NCBI GenBank assembly: GCA_050950285.1 | Contig: JBMNHG010000002.1 | Location: 824,654 to 888,653 of the forward strand | DNA: 64,000 bases | Reading direction: 5' to 3' | Source: Kiritimatiellia bacterium | Lineage (GTDB): Bacteria > Verrucomicrobiota > Kiritimatiellia > RFP12 > JBMNHG01 | Shown: positions 40,042-50,406 of the stretch, one piece after another | Numbering within the stretch: the stretch's first letter is position 1 | Layout of the letters: each line of letters opens with the position of its first letter | Program-made: the position numbers and the translations under genes | Notes under the pieces: generated by a model | The model's database searches: none | Told to the model about the DNA's origin: nothing | Seen by the model: only the letters and a program-made list of their open reading frames with translations

Positions 40042-43000
40042 TCAACAGGACATGGGCAGTATCCAGCCCTTGCGTGTGAAGAGGAGCAGGGCGGTGACGC
40101 GTGAGGGGTCGAGGTTGAGCAGGTGGGCTGCGGCGCGGGCGTAGAGCCGCATCTGGAAGGCGTAGCCCTCGGCCGATTCGCGCATGTCGCCCTCGGTCTC
40201 GATGCGGTTGCTCTTGTAGTCGAAGACCGTCGCGCGCACTGCGCGCCCTTCAGCATCCCGCTCGATGACGACGCGGTCGAAGCGGCCACCGGCCAGTTGC
40301 GGCCCCTCGGGCCCCTCGAGCACCAGCTCGAAGGGGGCCTCGCGCCAGACCTCGGCACTTGGAGCGTCGGCCGGACGTGACAAGGCGCGCCGGATATCGT
40401 CGTTCTTCAGGCAGTTGCGGAACTGGCGCTCGACGTCGTTCAGCAGGATGGCGGACTCGGCCGCGGTACGGCGCCACTCGGCAATGATCGCCTCGATATC
40501 CGCCGTCTCCAGCCACTCGATCCGCTCGAAGAGGCGGTGGATGGCGGAACCGAAGGCGCGCACGTCGCCGGCCTCGGCGTTGAAGAGCCAGTGGGCCGGG
40601 AAGGCCCGTCCGGCCTCCTGCAGTTTCGAGGGCTCGTGCCGCGTCAGCTCGACGGCATAGGTCAGCGGTAGCGGCTCCGCTGCCTTGCTGTCCGCCGGTG
40701 CCGGATCCGGTACCTTGACCCGCTGGTGCCAGAGGCGGTCGCCGGTCTGGTAGAGTATGCGTGCGGCGCCGTTAGGCAGTTGCTCGTCGAGCGTCTCTGT
40801 CACGAGGCGCTCGCGCAGCAGGTCGGCCTCGCGGATGACCTTCGCGCTCTTTGCGCGGGTCGGTATGACCATGACCAGCGCCTGCTTGGCGCGGGTCAGC
40901 GCCACGTAGAGCGTGCAGAGCTGGGCGAAGTTGGCCTCGGCATATTCGCGCTCCTGTGCCTGCAGCGGCGCACCGCCGACGGCCTCCAGCAAATCGTTCT
41001 TCAGCGGGTCGAGCACCCAGTCATCGCCCGTCAGGAATGTTGGCCGCCCCGGCTTGCCGAAGCTCTTGGCGTTGGCGCTGAAGGGCACCACCACGAGGTC
41101 GAAGCCCAGTCCCTTGGCCTGGTGGATCGTCATCACGCGCACGGCACCCGCCTCGGCGCTGCTCCTGACCTGGTAGGCGGCGACATGGTCGGCAAAGGCG
41201 TCGGCATCGCAGAGGCCTTGGGCGTCGAAGGCCTCCGCCGCCGTCAGCAGCTCGAGCAGGCGCTGCTGTCCGAAGGCATCGAGGTCGCCAAGCGCGGCGC
41301 CCCACTGGCGCAGGGTGGCGGCAAAACCATGCGTCTGCAGCTCTCCCAGCACGCGGGCGGGGAGTTCTTCGATGGAGCCCAGGCGATCCAGCCTTGCCAG
41401 CGGGCTCATCTGCAGATGGCGCAGGGCGACGGTGTCGCCGGGATGGGCGGCGTAGCGCACCAGCGCCAGCAGCAGCGTCACCACGGGATGGTCAACGATG
41501 CCGCCCTTGCCCTCGTGTACCACCGGCACGCCGGGCAGCAGGCGCCGCAGGGTGTCGACGCAGGCGCGTCCCGAGTTGTTGTCGCGGACAAGAACCGCCA
41601 CCGAGAGGTGCGCCAGCGACGGGCCAGCCTCCTGGAGTACCGCGGCAACGGCCTTATAGGCGGCGGGCTCGAGGGTTTCCTCCTCCTCGTCCTCATTCTC
41701 CGCAGATCTTCGTTTGCCAGTGGAGGATTCGTACTCCACCAGCGCGGCATAGCCCTCGCCCTCGCCCTTGCGGGCGCTTTCATGCCTTTCCCAGAAACGG
41801 CCAAAGGCCTCGACGACGTCCGGGCGCGGTCCGCCATCCTTCACGCTGGGCTCCCAGCCGGCAAGATCGTCGAAGACGGCGTTGACCGCATCAATAACCG
41901 CCGGCAGCGACCGGTAGCATCTGGTGATCGACTCGAGGGCGATGGCCCGCCGGCCGAGGCGGCCATACTTGTCGAGCACTTTGTGGAAAAGACGGTGGTT
42001 GCCGCCGCGCCAGCCATAGATCGACTGCTTGACGTCGCCCACGTAGAAGAAGGAGCGTTCCTCGTCCTGCATGACCTCGTCAATCAGGTTTTCCAGCGCC
42101 TGCCACTGGTTGTCGCTGGTATCCTGGAACTCGTCGAGCATCCAGTGGTCGAGCTGGCTGTCGAGGCGGTAGTCTATGTAGAGACGGTTGGGGTTGGGGG
42201 AGCCGCGGTTGAGGCTCGGCACGGCCGCACCGGTACCCAGCAGCCGCGACAGATCCTCGAAGGTGAAGGGGCCGCCGCTTGCCAGCGACTCGTTATAGTA
42301 CGCATCGTAACGCTCCAGCACCTGGCGCAGGCCATGTGTCTTCGAGGCGGCGCGGTCAATCTCGACGGCAATCAGGTTGATGATCGCGCGGCGCAGGTCG
42401 GGCCAGAGCGCGGCGGGCACCGGATAGTCCTGTCTGTAGTAGGTCAGGGTTGGCGGCGCATCGTGTTCGGCCGCGGCCATCAATTGCTGCGCGACCCGGG
42501 TACTCAAGTCCGGGCAGGGCTTGTCGAGCGCGTGCTCCATGCCCGCGCGCGCCAGCCTGGCGCATGTTTCGCCCAGGCTCCTGGGGCGTCCACTCGCGCC
42601 GAAAACGGTCTCCAGCGCTGCCGCCAGCGCGTCGGCGGTATAGCCGTTGCCGGTCGGGGGATGTTCCCACCAGCGCCCGTTGCCGGGCCAGATGCGAAGG
42701 GTGTCGCCCCAGTGGTGGTCCTTATGATTGCGGTAGAAGTCGTAGCCGTCGGTGATCAGCCTGTCGAGCGTTATGCCGAGCTGCTTGTCCTCCTGCCCCG
42801 CGCGGGCCAGGCGGAGTTCGGAGAGCAGCGCGCCACCCTCCTTGCCGGCGCCCTGGGCGGGGTCGAAGAGGCGGGTGAAAATGGCCTGCCGCAGGGCTTG
42901 GGCCTCGCCGCTGTCGCCGTCCATGGGGCGTGTGTCGGGCGAGATGCCGAGTTCCAGCGGGAAGGCGTTGACGATGCCGAGGATGAAGCTGTCCAGGGTG

Positions 43001-43323
43001 CCGATGCGCAGGCGGTGGCTCTGGTCGAGTAACTGGCGCAGCAGCGTGATATAGGCCTCGGGGGAGTCTTCGGGAGCCGGCAGTCCCTCGCGGGCGATCG
43101 TGTCGCGGGTTTCGGCGCGTGTCCTGCCGTCGGTGGCGGCAGCGGCCAGGCGGGCGACGATCTTGTCGAAGATCTCGCCGGCCGCCTTGCGGGTGAAGGT
43201 CAGCGCGCAGATGCGGTCGGGCGGAATGCCCGCGGCCATCAGGCCGAGGTAGCGGTGCGCCAGCCGGAAGGTCTTGCCCGTGCCGGCCGAGGCGGAGATC
43301 GCGCGGTTCTGAAGCTGGTTCAT
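40042..43323 (-). CDS. addA: UvrD-type helicase-nuclease (AddA/RecB-like)
   Basis: ASAGTGKT, LTFTRKAAGE, DEFQDT, VGDVKQSIY.WRG, MTIHQAKGL.F, LYVALTRA, C-terminal G.FDR...DYK...Q..LY. Confidence 0.92.
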   Translation of the reverse strand: MNQLQNRAISASAGTGKTFRLAHRYLGLMAAGIPPDRICALTFTRKAAGEIFDKIVARLAAAATDGRTRAETRDTIAREGLPAPEDSPEAYITLLRQLLDQSHRLRIGTLDSFILGIVNAFPLELGISPDTRPMDGDSGEAQALRQAIFTRLFDPAQGAGKEGGALLSELRLARAGQEDKQLGITLDRLITDGYDFYRNHKDHHWGDTLRIWPGNGRWWEHPPTGNGYTADALAAALETVFGASGRPRSLGETCARLARAGMEHALDKPCPDLSTRVAQQLMAAAEHDAPPTLTYYRQDYPVPAALWPDLRRAIINLIAVEIDRAASKTHGLRQVLERYDAYYNESLASGGPFTFEDLSRLLGTGAAVPSLNRGSPNPNRLYIDYRLDSQLDHWMLDEFQDTSDNQWQALENLIDEVMQDEERSFFYVGDVKQSIYGWRGGNHRLFHKVLDKYGRLGRRAIALESITRCYRSLPAVIDAVNAVFDDLAGWEPSVKDGGPRPDVVEAFGRFWERHESARKGEGEGYAALVEYESSTGKRRSAENEDEEEETLEPAAYKAVAAVLQEAGPSLAHLSVAVLVRDNNSGRACVDTLRRLLPGVPVVHEGKGGIVDHPVVTLLLALVRYAAHPGDTVALRHLQMSPLARLDRLGSIEELPARVLGELQTHGFAATLRQWGAALGDLDAFGQQRLLELLTAAEAFDAQGLCDADAFADHVAAYQVRSSAEAGAVRVMTIHQAKGLGFDLVVVPFSANAKSFGKPGRPTFLTGDDWVLDPLKNDLLEAVGGAPLQAQEREYAEANFAQLCTLYVALTRAKQALVMVIPTRAKSAKVIREADLLRERLVTETLDEQLPNGAARILYQTGDRLWHQRVKVPDPAPADSKAAEPLPLTYAVELTRHEPSKLQEAGRAFPAHWLFNAEAGDVRAFGSAIHRLFERIEWLETADIEAIIAEWRRTAAESAILLNDVERQFRNCLKNDDIRRALSRPADAPSAEVWREAPFELVLEGPEGPQLAGGRFDRVVIERDAEGRAVRATVFDYKSNRIETEGDMRESAEGYAFQMRLYARAAAHLLNLDPSRVTALLLFTRKGWILPMSC

Positions 43324-46166
43324 GGCGTGACCCTCCACGGAACGGACGGCGGTTCAATCGTATTGGCCGGATCGTCGAGCAGGAGCCCGGCAAAGTCGTC
43401 CTCGTAGCCGCTCCTGAGACTGCCCGGCGGCCAGAATTTCCCATCCCGGATGTTGGCGACCACCGCCCGCGCGCAGGCCATGGCCGAATCCTGCAGGGCA
43501 TCGGTGTAACCATCCCAGAGCAGGAAGCCGGTATCGCCCAGCGCACTCGGCAGCGCGATGTAGCCCGTCTGGACATCGGGGCCCAGCTCACCGCGCACGA
43601 ACTCGCGGTAGAGCGGCAGTTGCAGGTCGGTCCAGCGTCTCTTAATATCTTTGCCATCCGGGTTGATGAGCAGCGCGGAGAGCTCCGCCTCGGGGATTGG
43701 CTCGTCCTCGCGGGCGGGGGCAAAATGGGTCTCGACGGGACTCCTGGCCTTGTCGCTGGTCTTGTAGTCGAGGATGACGCAGACGCCAGTCTCCCTGTGG
43801 CGATCTATGCGGTCGATTCGTCCGTTGATGGTCACGCCACCGATGATGCAGGATAGCGCCTGCTCATTCTTCACGATCTCCCATCCCGCCGCGTGCCACT
43901 CCACCTGTCTGGCGGCGAAGGCGCGCAGGCGGCGCACGGCGCTATCGAGGGCTAGCTCGACCCCCAGCCAGGGGCTGGCGCCGTAGCGCCGGCGGCAGTT
44001 CTCCCGCAGATGCCGCTCCAGCCAATCGCCCAGCCTCGCGGCATCGCCGCAGCCCCAGACGGCCTTCCCCGCGTCGGCCATGGCCTCGAGCGTGTCATGC
44101 ACGAGGGTGCCGAAGGCCCGTGCATCGGGCTCGCGGGCGCGGTCGTCGAGTACCTCCATGCCGAGCACCTCGGCGAGGTAGAAGCGCAGCGGGCTGGCGA
44201 GGTAGGTCTTGATGGACGAGGGCGAGAGGCGGTGTGTGCGCTTGTCGCTGATGACCGCGGGTGGCAGCAGGGCGGGATCGAGCTTGAAGCTGATCTGGTA
44301 GGCCGAGGCACTGCGCGCCGCTGTCGGTTCGCTGAAGAGCAGCTCGGCGCGGGCGACCAGTTGCTCGTCGGGGCAGCGGAAGAGGAGCCGCGAGGGGCGC
44401 AGCGGATCGCCGGCCGCCGAGGTCTTGCCCACCAGCAGGACTATGCGTCCGGCGGTGCGGCGCTGGGCCAGCAGGGCCGTCAGCACGTAGGCGTCGCGCG
44501 CCACGCGCATGGCGTCGTCGCGCAGTCCGAGCCTGTTGCGCAGCGTGTCGGGCAGGAAGAGGTCGCCCACCTTGCCGTCGGGCACATAGCCCTCGTTCAT
44601 CCCCGCGACGAAGAGCAGCGGGGCGGGGTTCCAGGCCAGCTCGAGCCAGCCCTCGAGCTCGAGCGGTTCCTGGTTGCGTTCGGGGCGTATCTGTCCCTCG
44701 CGCAGACGCGCCAGGAGCACGGCAGCGGCCGTGTCGTCCGCCGGAGCGGCGGCTCCGGCGCTCTCCAGCTCGCGCAGGACACCGTCGAAGGCGGTGACAT
44801 CCTGCTGGAAGGCGGCATCGGCGGGGTTGTCGTCGTGCAGGAGGCGCGATTTGTAGATCTCCTGCAGCACATCGCGCAGGCCTCCGGCCAGTCCGCCCTC
44901 GTTCAGGTGCCGCCGCCAGTGCCGTATCCGGTCGAGCGCCCCGGCAGGTGGACGGCAGGCCTGTTCGCCGTCGCGCTGGTACATGTCGGCCAGCGTGACG
45001 GGCAGGTGTTCCGTCTGGAAGGCGTCCAGATCCCGCAGAAGGCCGGTGGCGTTGCCGAGTGCCGCCAGGACGTCGGGATGGCGCAGCAGGGTGGCGACCG
45101 CGTCGTAGCTGTCGCGCGCGCGCAGATCGAGCAATGCCTGCACGAGGCGGTAGAGGGGCGAATCGCTGAAGGGGCGGTTGCGCGGATCGAAGGCGGGCAG
45201 CCCGAGGGTCGCCAGTTCGCGCTGCAGCGGCCCGACCGCCTCCTGATCGGGCACGCCGATGGCGATCTGCGGCGTCTCTCCATCCGCCGCAGCGGGCGGC
45301 GCGGCCTGCAAGGCCTCGGCCACTGTGCGGGCGATGCGCGCGGCCTGTTCCTCGGGGGTAGCTTCGAGCCTGAGGACGGCGTTGCCCACGTCGATCTGCC
45401 GGGCGGCCCACTTCTCCGGCAAGGGGCGTCCCCAGGCATCGAAGAGCGCGGCCTCATCCGGGGGCGCGGCCACGAGCACCTCGACGGCGACGCCGGCCGC
45501 GCTCCAGCGCGTCAGGAGCGTCAGGAGCAGCTCGGGCGGATCGGGCAGCGCCGCCAGGATGACGCGCCTGACCTCCGCCGGCACCGGCGCGCCGGTGGCC
45601 TGGGCCAGCTTGACGGCCAGCGGATCGTTCAGTTTCCATGCGGCGAGCTGGCGCATGTAGCGGTCCTCGAGTTCGGCCAGCTCGTTCCAGCGCTCCTGCT
45701 CCTCGAGCTCCGCGCCCCTGGCGGCGACCTGTCCGAGCGACAGGTTGCCATCGGCCAGTTCGCGGCGCAGCTCCTGGAAGCGGCGCGCCACCGGCAGGGC
45801 CCAGTTGCAATCGGAGGGACGGTCGCGCCGCGTGCCGAGCAGCGCGGGGCATGCGCCGGGCTCGATGGCGGTCAGTACCGCCACCCAGGCCAGCAGGGAT
45901 TGCAGTGCCGTGGCGGTACCGGGGGCGGCTTCCGGCTCGAGCAGCACGGGGGGCGTGATGATCTCCGGGCCGAGCAGTGCCCGTCCGCATTTATGGGCGG
46001 CCACCGGCAGTGCGTTCCGCAACCGCCAGCTTGACTGGCGCGTCGGCACCACCAGCAGGGTGTCGCGCATGTCGGCACGCGCCGCGGGGGTGCCGTCCAG
46101 AAGGTAGGCCGGAACGGTCTCGCAGAGCGGCCGGTCCCAGCCCAGGAAATGGCGTGTTGTGCCCAT
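43320..46166 (-). CDS. addB: AddB/RecC-like inactive helicase with PD-(D/E)XK nuclease
   Basis: Degenerate N-terminal helicase (VVPT), GMNEG..P, LSPSS..TYL..P.RFYL, FGTL.H, GRIDRID, LDYKT, LQLPLY; overlaps addA. Confidence 0.88.
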   Translation of the reverse strand: MGTTRHFLGWDRPLCETVPAYLLDGTPAARADMRDTLLVVPTRQSSWRLRNALPVAAHKCGRALLGPEIITPPVLLEPEAAPGTATALQSLLAWVAVLTAIEPGACPALLGTRRDRPSDCNWALPVARRFQELRRELADGNLSLGQVAARGAELEEQERWNELAELEDRYMRQLAAWKLNDPLAVKLAQATGAPVPAEVRRVILAALPDPPELLLTLLTRWSAAGVAVEVLVAAPPDEAALFDAWGRPLPEKWAARQIDVGNAVLRLEATPEEQAARIARTVAEALQAAPPAAADGETPQIAIGVPDQEAVGPLQRELATLGLPAFDPRNRPFSDSPLYRLVQALLDLRARDSYDAVATLLRHPDVLAALGNATGLLRDLDAFQTEHLPVTLADMYQRDGEQACRPPAGALDRIRHWRRHLNEGGLAGGLRDVLQEIYKSRLLHDDNPADAAFQQDVTAFDGVLRELESAGAAAPADDTAAAVLLARLREGQIRPERNQEPLELEGWLELAWNPAPLLFVAGMNEGYVPDGKVGDLFLPDTLRNRLGLRDDAMRVARDAYVLTALLAQRRTAGRIVLLVGKTSAAGDPLRPSRLLFRCPDEQLVARAELLFSEPTAARSASAYQISFKLDPALLPPAVISDKRTHRLSPSSIKTYLASPLRFYLAEVLGMEVLDDRAREPDARAFGTLVHDTLEAMADAGKAVWGCGDAARLGDWLERHLRENCRRRYGASPWLGVELALDSAVRRLRAFAARQVEWHAAGWEIVKNEQALSCIIGGVTINGRIDRIDRHRETGVCVILDYKTSDKARSPVETHFAPAREDEPIPEAELSALLINPDGKDIKRRWTDLQLPLYREFVRGELGPDVQTGYIALPSALGDTGFLLWDGYTDALQDSAMACARAVVANIRDGKFWPPGSLRSGYEDDFAGLLLDDPANTIEPPSVPWRVTP

Positions 46167-46646
46167 GTTCACCTATAAACGGCAGTTGTGCGGGCGGGAA
46201 CCGGGCAATGCCCGTATCCATCGGCTTTGGGTGAAACCCGCGATACGGGGATCATAACACAAAGCGCAACGATGCGTCCTATACTTTCCGTTTTTACCTG
46301 AAAACAGAGCACGGGACAAACAGCATCGTTGCGTGGGTATCCCGGCCCGCCATCCCAGCCCCTTCCGTACCCTGTCACCAGCCGATTACCCGCTTGATTC
46401 AAAAGCGTCTCTGTACCATCATCCCTATCCATAACGATACGACTCGGAGTTCCGAAATGAGCGAGAAAGGGATCAAGACGGATTGCCCCCGAACGTGGCC
46501 GGGGTGCCTGCGACACGGGAACTGCAAACGCCGTTACACGCCGTCTTTCAAGCAGGCTTGCCCCCGATTCTCCATTGTTTTACAATGACGGTGCAACAGG
46601 AAAAGGGATGTTGTGCGACGCGTTAGACATGAAGGATAAATGACCG

Positions 46647-48203
46647 ATGGCAAGGCAAAACGGCAACGGAAAATCTTTGGAAAAATGGATATGGGATGCC
46701 GCCTGCTCCATCCGCGGTGCCAAAGAGGCCGCCAAGTTCAAGGATTTCATCCTGCCTCTGATTTTTACCAAACGGCTGTGTGATGTCTACGACGATGAAC
46801 TGAATCGCATCGCCCAAAAGGTTGGCTCGCGCGCGAAGGCCTTTAAACTCGTGCGCCACGATAAAAAGCTGGTACGCTTCTTTGTGCCGCTGCAGCCAGA
46901 GGATCCGAACGACGAGGTTTGGTCCGTGATCCGCAAGCTCTCGGACAAGATCGGCGAGCGGCTGACTTCGCACCTGCGGGCCATTGCGGATGAGAATGCG
47001 TTGCTCAAGGGCATTATCGACCGCGTGGATTTCAACGCTACCACGCATGGCGTGCGAGACCTTGACGACACCCGCCTCTCCAACCTCATTGAACGCATTA
47101 GCGAGAAGCGCCTCGGGCTTAATGACGTGGAGCCGGACATCATCGGGCGCAGTTACGAGTACCTGATCCGCAAGTTCGCCGAGGGCGGCGGGCAGAGCGC
47201 CGGAGAGTTCTACACCCCGCCCGAGGTCGGCACCATCATGTCCCGCGTCCTCCAGCCCGAGCCCGGCATGGAAATCTACGACCCCACCTGCGGCTCCGGC
47301 GGCCTGCTCGTGAAATGCGAGATCGCCGCCATGGAGGCGGCCCGGGACGAAAAGCCCGCCCCGCTCAAGCTCTACGGGCAGGAATACACGCCCGAGACCT
47401 GGGCCATGGCCAACATGAACATGATCATCCACGACATGGAGGGCCAGATCGAGATCGGCGATACCTTCCGGAACCCTAAGTTCCGAAAGGGCAATCGGCT
47501 CCAGACCTTTGACCGCGTCGTCGCCAATCCCATGTGGAACCAAGATTGGTTCACCGAGGCCGACTACGATGCCGACGAGTTCGACCGCTTCCCCGCCGGG
47601 GCGGGCTTCCCCGGCAAGTCCTCCGCCGACTGGGGCTGGGTCCAGCACATCCACGCCAGCCTGAACGAACGCGGACGCGCGGCCATCGTCCTCGACACCG
47701 GAGCCGCCTCCCGCGGCTCGGGCAACGCCGGCACCAACAAAGAGAAGAACGTCCGCCAGTGGTTCGTGGACCGGGATCTCGTCGAAAGCGTGCTCTACCT
47801 GCCGGAAAACCTCTTCTACAACACCTCCGCCCCCGGCATCGTCCTGTTCCTCAACAAGGCCAAGCCCCCGAAACGCCGTGGCAGGGTCTTCCTCGTCAAC
47901 GCCTCCCAGATCTTCGAGAAAGGCGACCCCAAGAACGTCATCCCCGCCGACGGCATCGACCGCATCGTCGAGACGCTCGTCGGCTGGCAGGAAGCGGAGA
48001 AGCTCAGCCGCGTCGTCGATCATGCCGAACTGAAGCGGAACGACTACAACATCTCCCCCAGCCGCTACATCCACACCGGCGACGAAGCGACCTACCGCCC
48101 CATCCCGGAGATCGTCGCGGAACTCGACGCCATCGAAGCCGAAGCGCGAGAGACTGACCACGCGCTTCGGGCCATCCTCAAGCAACTGGGGGTTGGCGCA
48201 TGA
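46647..48203 (+). CDS. hsdM: Type I RM methyltransferase subunit
   Basis: LE.WIWDAACSIRG, IG..YEYL..KFA, GEFYTP, YDPTCGSGGLL, LYGQE, VANPMW (motif IV variant), LP.NLFYNT, YNISP.RY. Confidence 0.95.
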   Translation: MARQNGNGKSLEKWIWDAACSIRGAKEAAKFKDFILPLIFTKRLCDVYDDELNRIAQKVGSRAKAFKLVRHDKKLVRFFVPLQPEDPNDEVWSVIRKLSDKIGERLTSHLRAIADENALLKGIIDRVDFNATTHGVRDLDDTRLSNLIERISEKRLGLNDVEPDIIGRSYEYLIRKFAEGGGQSAGEFYTPPEVGTIMSRVLQPEPGMEIYDPTCGSGGLLVKCEIAAMEAARDEKPAPLKLYGQEYTPETWAMANMNMIIHDMEGQIEIGDTFRNPKFRKGNRLQTFDRVVANPMWNQDWFTEADYDADEFDRFPAGAGFPGKSSADWGWVQHIHASLNERGRAAIVLDTGAASRGSGNAGTNKEKNVRQWFVDRDLVESVLYLPENLFYNTSAPGIVLFLNKAKPPKRRGRVFLVNASQIFEKGDPKNVIPADGIDRIVETLVGWQEAEKLSRVVDHAELKRNDYNISPSRYIHTGDEATYRPIPEIVAELDAIEAEARETDHALRAILKQLGVGA

Positions 48204-48610
48204 AATTCAGCCCCCAAGCAACCGTCAAGGATTCCTTGACAGTTCAAGCCGAGAATGCGCGGAATGAGAAAGCGAACAGCGCTCTCCGCCAAAACCGCGT
48301 CGAAAAAGGCGAACTTGGTCAAAATCCAGTTGTCCGGGATTTCCGGACAACTGCGGCTGACGGCAAAATTTACGGCGTGCTTCACTACAATCTGAAGGCC
48401 ATTCTGGCTGTTGGCTTCAGAGTTAAATCGCCCCGTTTCACACAATTCCGTCGCTGGGCCAACACCCAGCTTCAAGAATTGATCGTCAAAGGCTTCGTCA
48501 TGGACGACGAACGCCTCAAGAACCCCGGCGGATGGGACTACTTCGACGAACTGCTCGCCCGCATTCGCGAGATTCGGGCAAACCGCAAGCAACTGGGGGT
48601 TAAGACGTGA
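48200..48610 (+). pseudogene. RhuM-family (virulence RhuM/Fic-associated) fragment
   Basis: VR.FRTTAADGK.Y...HYNL..ILAVG.RV.S.R.TQFR.WA...L.E..KGFVMDDERLK...DYFDELL.RIR.IRA, then an abrupt KQLGV tail copied from hsdM. Confidence 0.8.
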
Positions 48611-50327
48611 GCGCAACAGCAAAGCTTGCCGACGTTGCCAAAATTGTGATGGGGCAATCGCCCCCATCCACCAGTTATAACGACGTCGGAGAAGGGCTTC
48701 CCTTCTACCAAGGGAAAACGGATTTCGGAGCGACTTACCCGACACCACGCATTTATTGCCGCGAGCCAAAAAAACTGGCGGAATCCGGGGACATTCTGAT
48801 GTCCGTTCGTGCCCCAGTGGGTGCAACGAACCTCTGCGACAGGCAATCCTGCATCGGTCGGGGCATCGCCGCGATTCGGGCGAAGGGCATCGACCGCGAC
48901 TTCCTCTATTTCTATCTCAAGGAGATTGAGGACTACATCGACAGTCTTGGCTCTGGCGCAATTTTCAAGGCAATCAACAAATCACAGCTAGCCACGCTAC
49001 CCATCAACAAAGCAGGCATCCCACTTCCCGAGCAGAAGAAGATTGCGCACATTCTTTCGACGGTGCAGCGGGCGATCGAGGAGCAGGAGCGGATCATCCA
49101 GACCACCACCGAGCTGAAAAAGGCTCTCATGCACAAGCTCTTCACCGAAGGCCTCCGCAACGAACCCCAAAAGCAAACGGAAATCGGCCCCGTGCCTGAA
49201 AGCTGGGAGGTGTGCCGCTTCGAGGATGCCGTAAGTATCAAAAGCGGCCAAGTTGACCCAACGCGGCCTCCGTTCTCTAACTTGCTACACGTCGGTTCTG
49301 AGAATATCGAAAGCGACTCTGGGAGGCTGATAAACTTACAAACAAATGCAGATCTCAAGATATCTAGTGGCAATTACCACTTCACGCCTGAAGACGTTCT
49401 ATATTCAAAGATTCGACCTTACTTAAACAAAGTGGCGTTACCGAATTTTGAGGGGACGTGTAGCGCGGACATGTATCCACTACGGTCAAACTTCCATTTT
49501 ACACGAGAGTTTTTGTTCTATTACCTACTTTCTGATGGTTTCAAAAAGAAGCCGTCTCGTTCCAAGACAGAACGGGAATTCCAAAAATCAATCGCTTGCA
49601 ACTTGGTAGCATTCAATTGCCCTGTCCGTCAAAGGCGGATCAGAAGGAAATTGCGGACATCCTCGCCTCGTGTGACCGAAAACTGCATTCCGCCCGGCAG
49701 AAACAAGCCGCTCTCCAAGACCTTTTCCGCACCCTCCTTCACGAACTGATGACCGCGAAGATTCGCGTTCATGAACTGGAGTTTACGCCCAAGGAAGCCC
49801 ACAGGGAAGGGGCGCAAGGCAAAGAAGCACAAGAGACAGGGGCACGGGTTTTCCAACCCGTGGACGCAATCACGGACAAGAATGTCCGTGCCCCCAGGAA
49901 TGTCCATGCCCCCAAGAATGTCCGTGCCCCGTTACCATTGCAAAAAGACAAAGGGGCACAAGGCAAAGGGGCAAAAGGAAAAGGGGCACGGGTTTTCCAA
50001 CCCGTGGACGCAATCACGGACAGGAATGTCCGTGCCCCCAGGAATGTCCATGCCCCCAGGAATGTCCGTGCCCCGTTACCAGTGCAAAAAGACAAAGGGG
50101 CGCAAGAGACAGGGGCACAAGAGACAGGGGCACGGGTTTCCCAACCCGTGGACGCAATCACGGACAAGAATGTCCGTGCCCCCAGGAATGTCCATGCCCC
50201 CAGGAATGTCCGTGCCCCGTTACCAGTGCAAAAAGAGAAAGGGGCACAAGACAAAGGGGCACAAGGCAAAGGGGCAAAAGGAAAAGGGGCACGGGTTTTC
50301 CAACCCGTGGAGGTGAAAGCACCATGA
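48607..50327 (+). pseudogene. hsdS: Type I RM specificity subunit, frameshifted at the A5 run 49543-49547, with the 3' frame running through the REP array
   Basis: TRD1 MGQSP...G.PF.QG..DFG, SVRAPVG; central PLPEQ.KIA.IL...ELKKALM..LFT; TRD2 YSKIRPYLNK; -1 frame RTGIPKINR..P....Q.EIA.IL...LFRTLLHELMTAKIRV; conserved HsdS ends about 49790, first stop 50327. Confidence 0.9.
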
Positions 50328-50406
50328 ACAAAAGCGTCCATGCGTCTGAAAGTGAAACCACGGACAAGAATGTCCGTGCCCCCAAGAATGTCCGTGCCCC
50401 CAGGAA
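49805..50406. repeat. Tandem REP/REPIN array upstream of RAYT
   Basis: GGGGCACGGGTTTYCCAACCCGTG at 49839, 49983, 50127, 50286 (periods 144, 144, 159), each followed by CACGGACARGAATGTCCGTGCCCC plus 18-nt and 15-nt sub-repeats. Confidence 0.97.

Noticed and set aside
46169..46588. Small ORFs between addB and hsdM
   Set aside because: No motifs, conflicting strands; more consistent with a divergent promoter region or decayed sequence
47524..47538. NPMW instead of NPPY/F as evidence of an inactive HsdM
   Set aside because: The catalytic Asn and an aromatic residue are retained and the gene is otherwise intact; likely a subfamily variant
49805..50406. CRISPR or guide-RNA array
   Set aside because: The units are near-identical tandem copies without unique spacers, there are no cas genes, and the adjacent gene is a RAYT, so REP/REPIN is the better explanation
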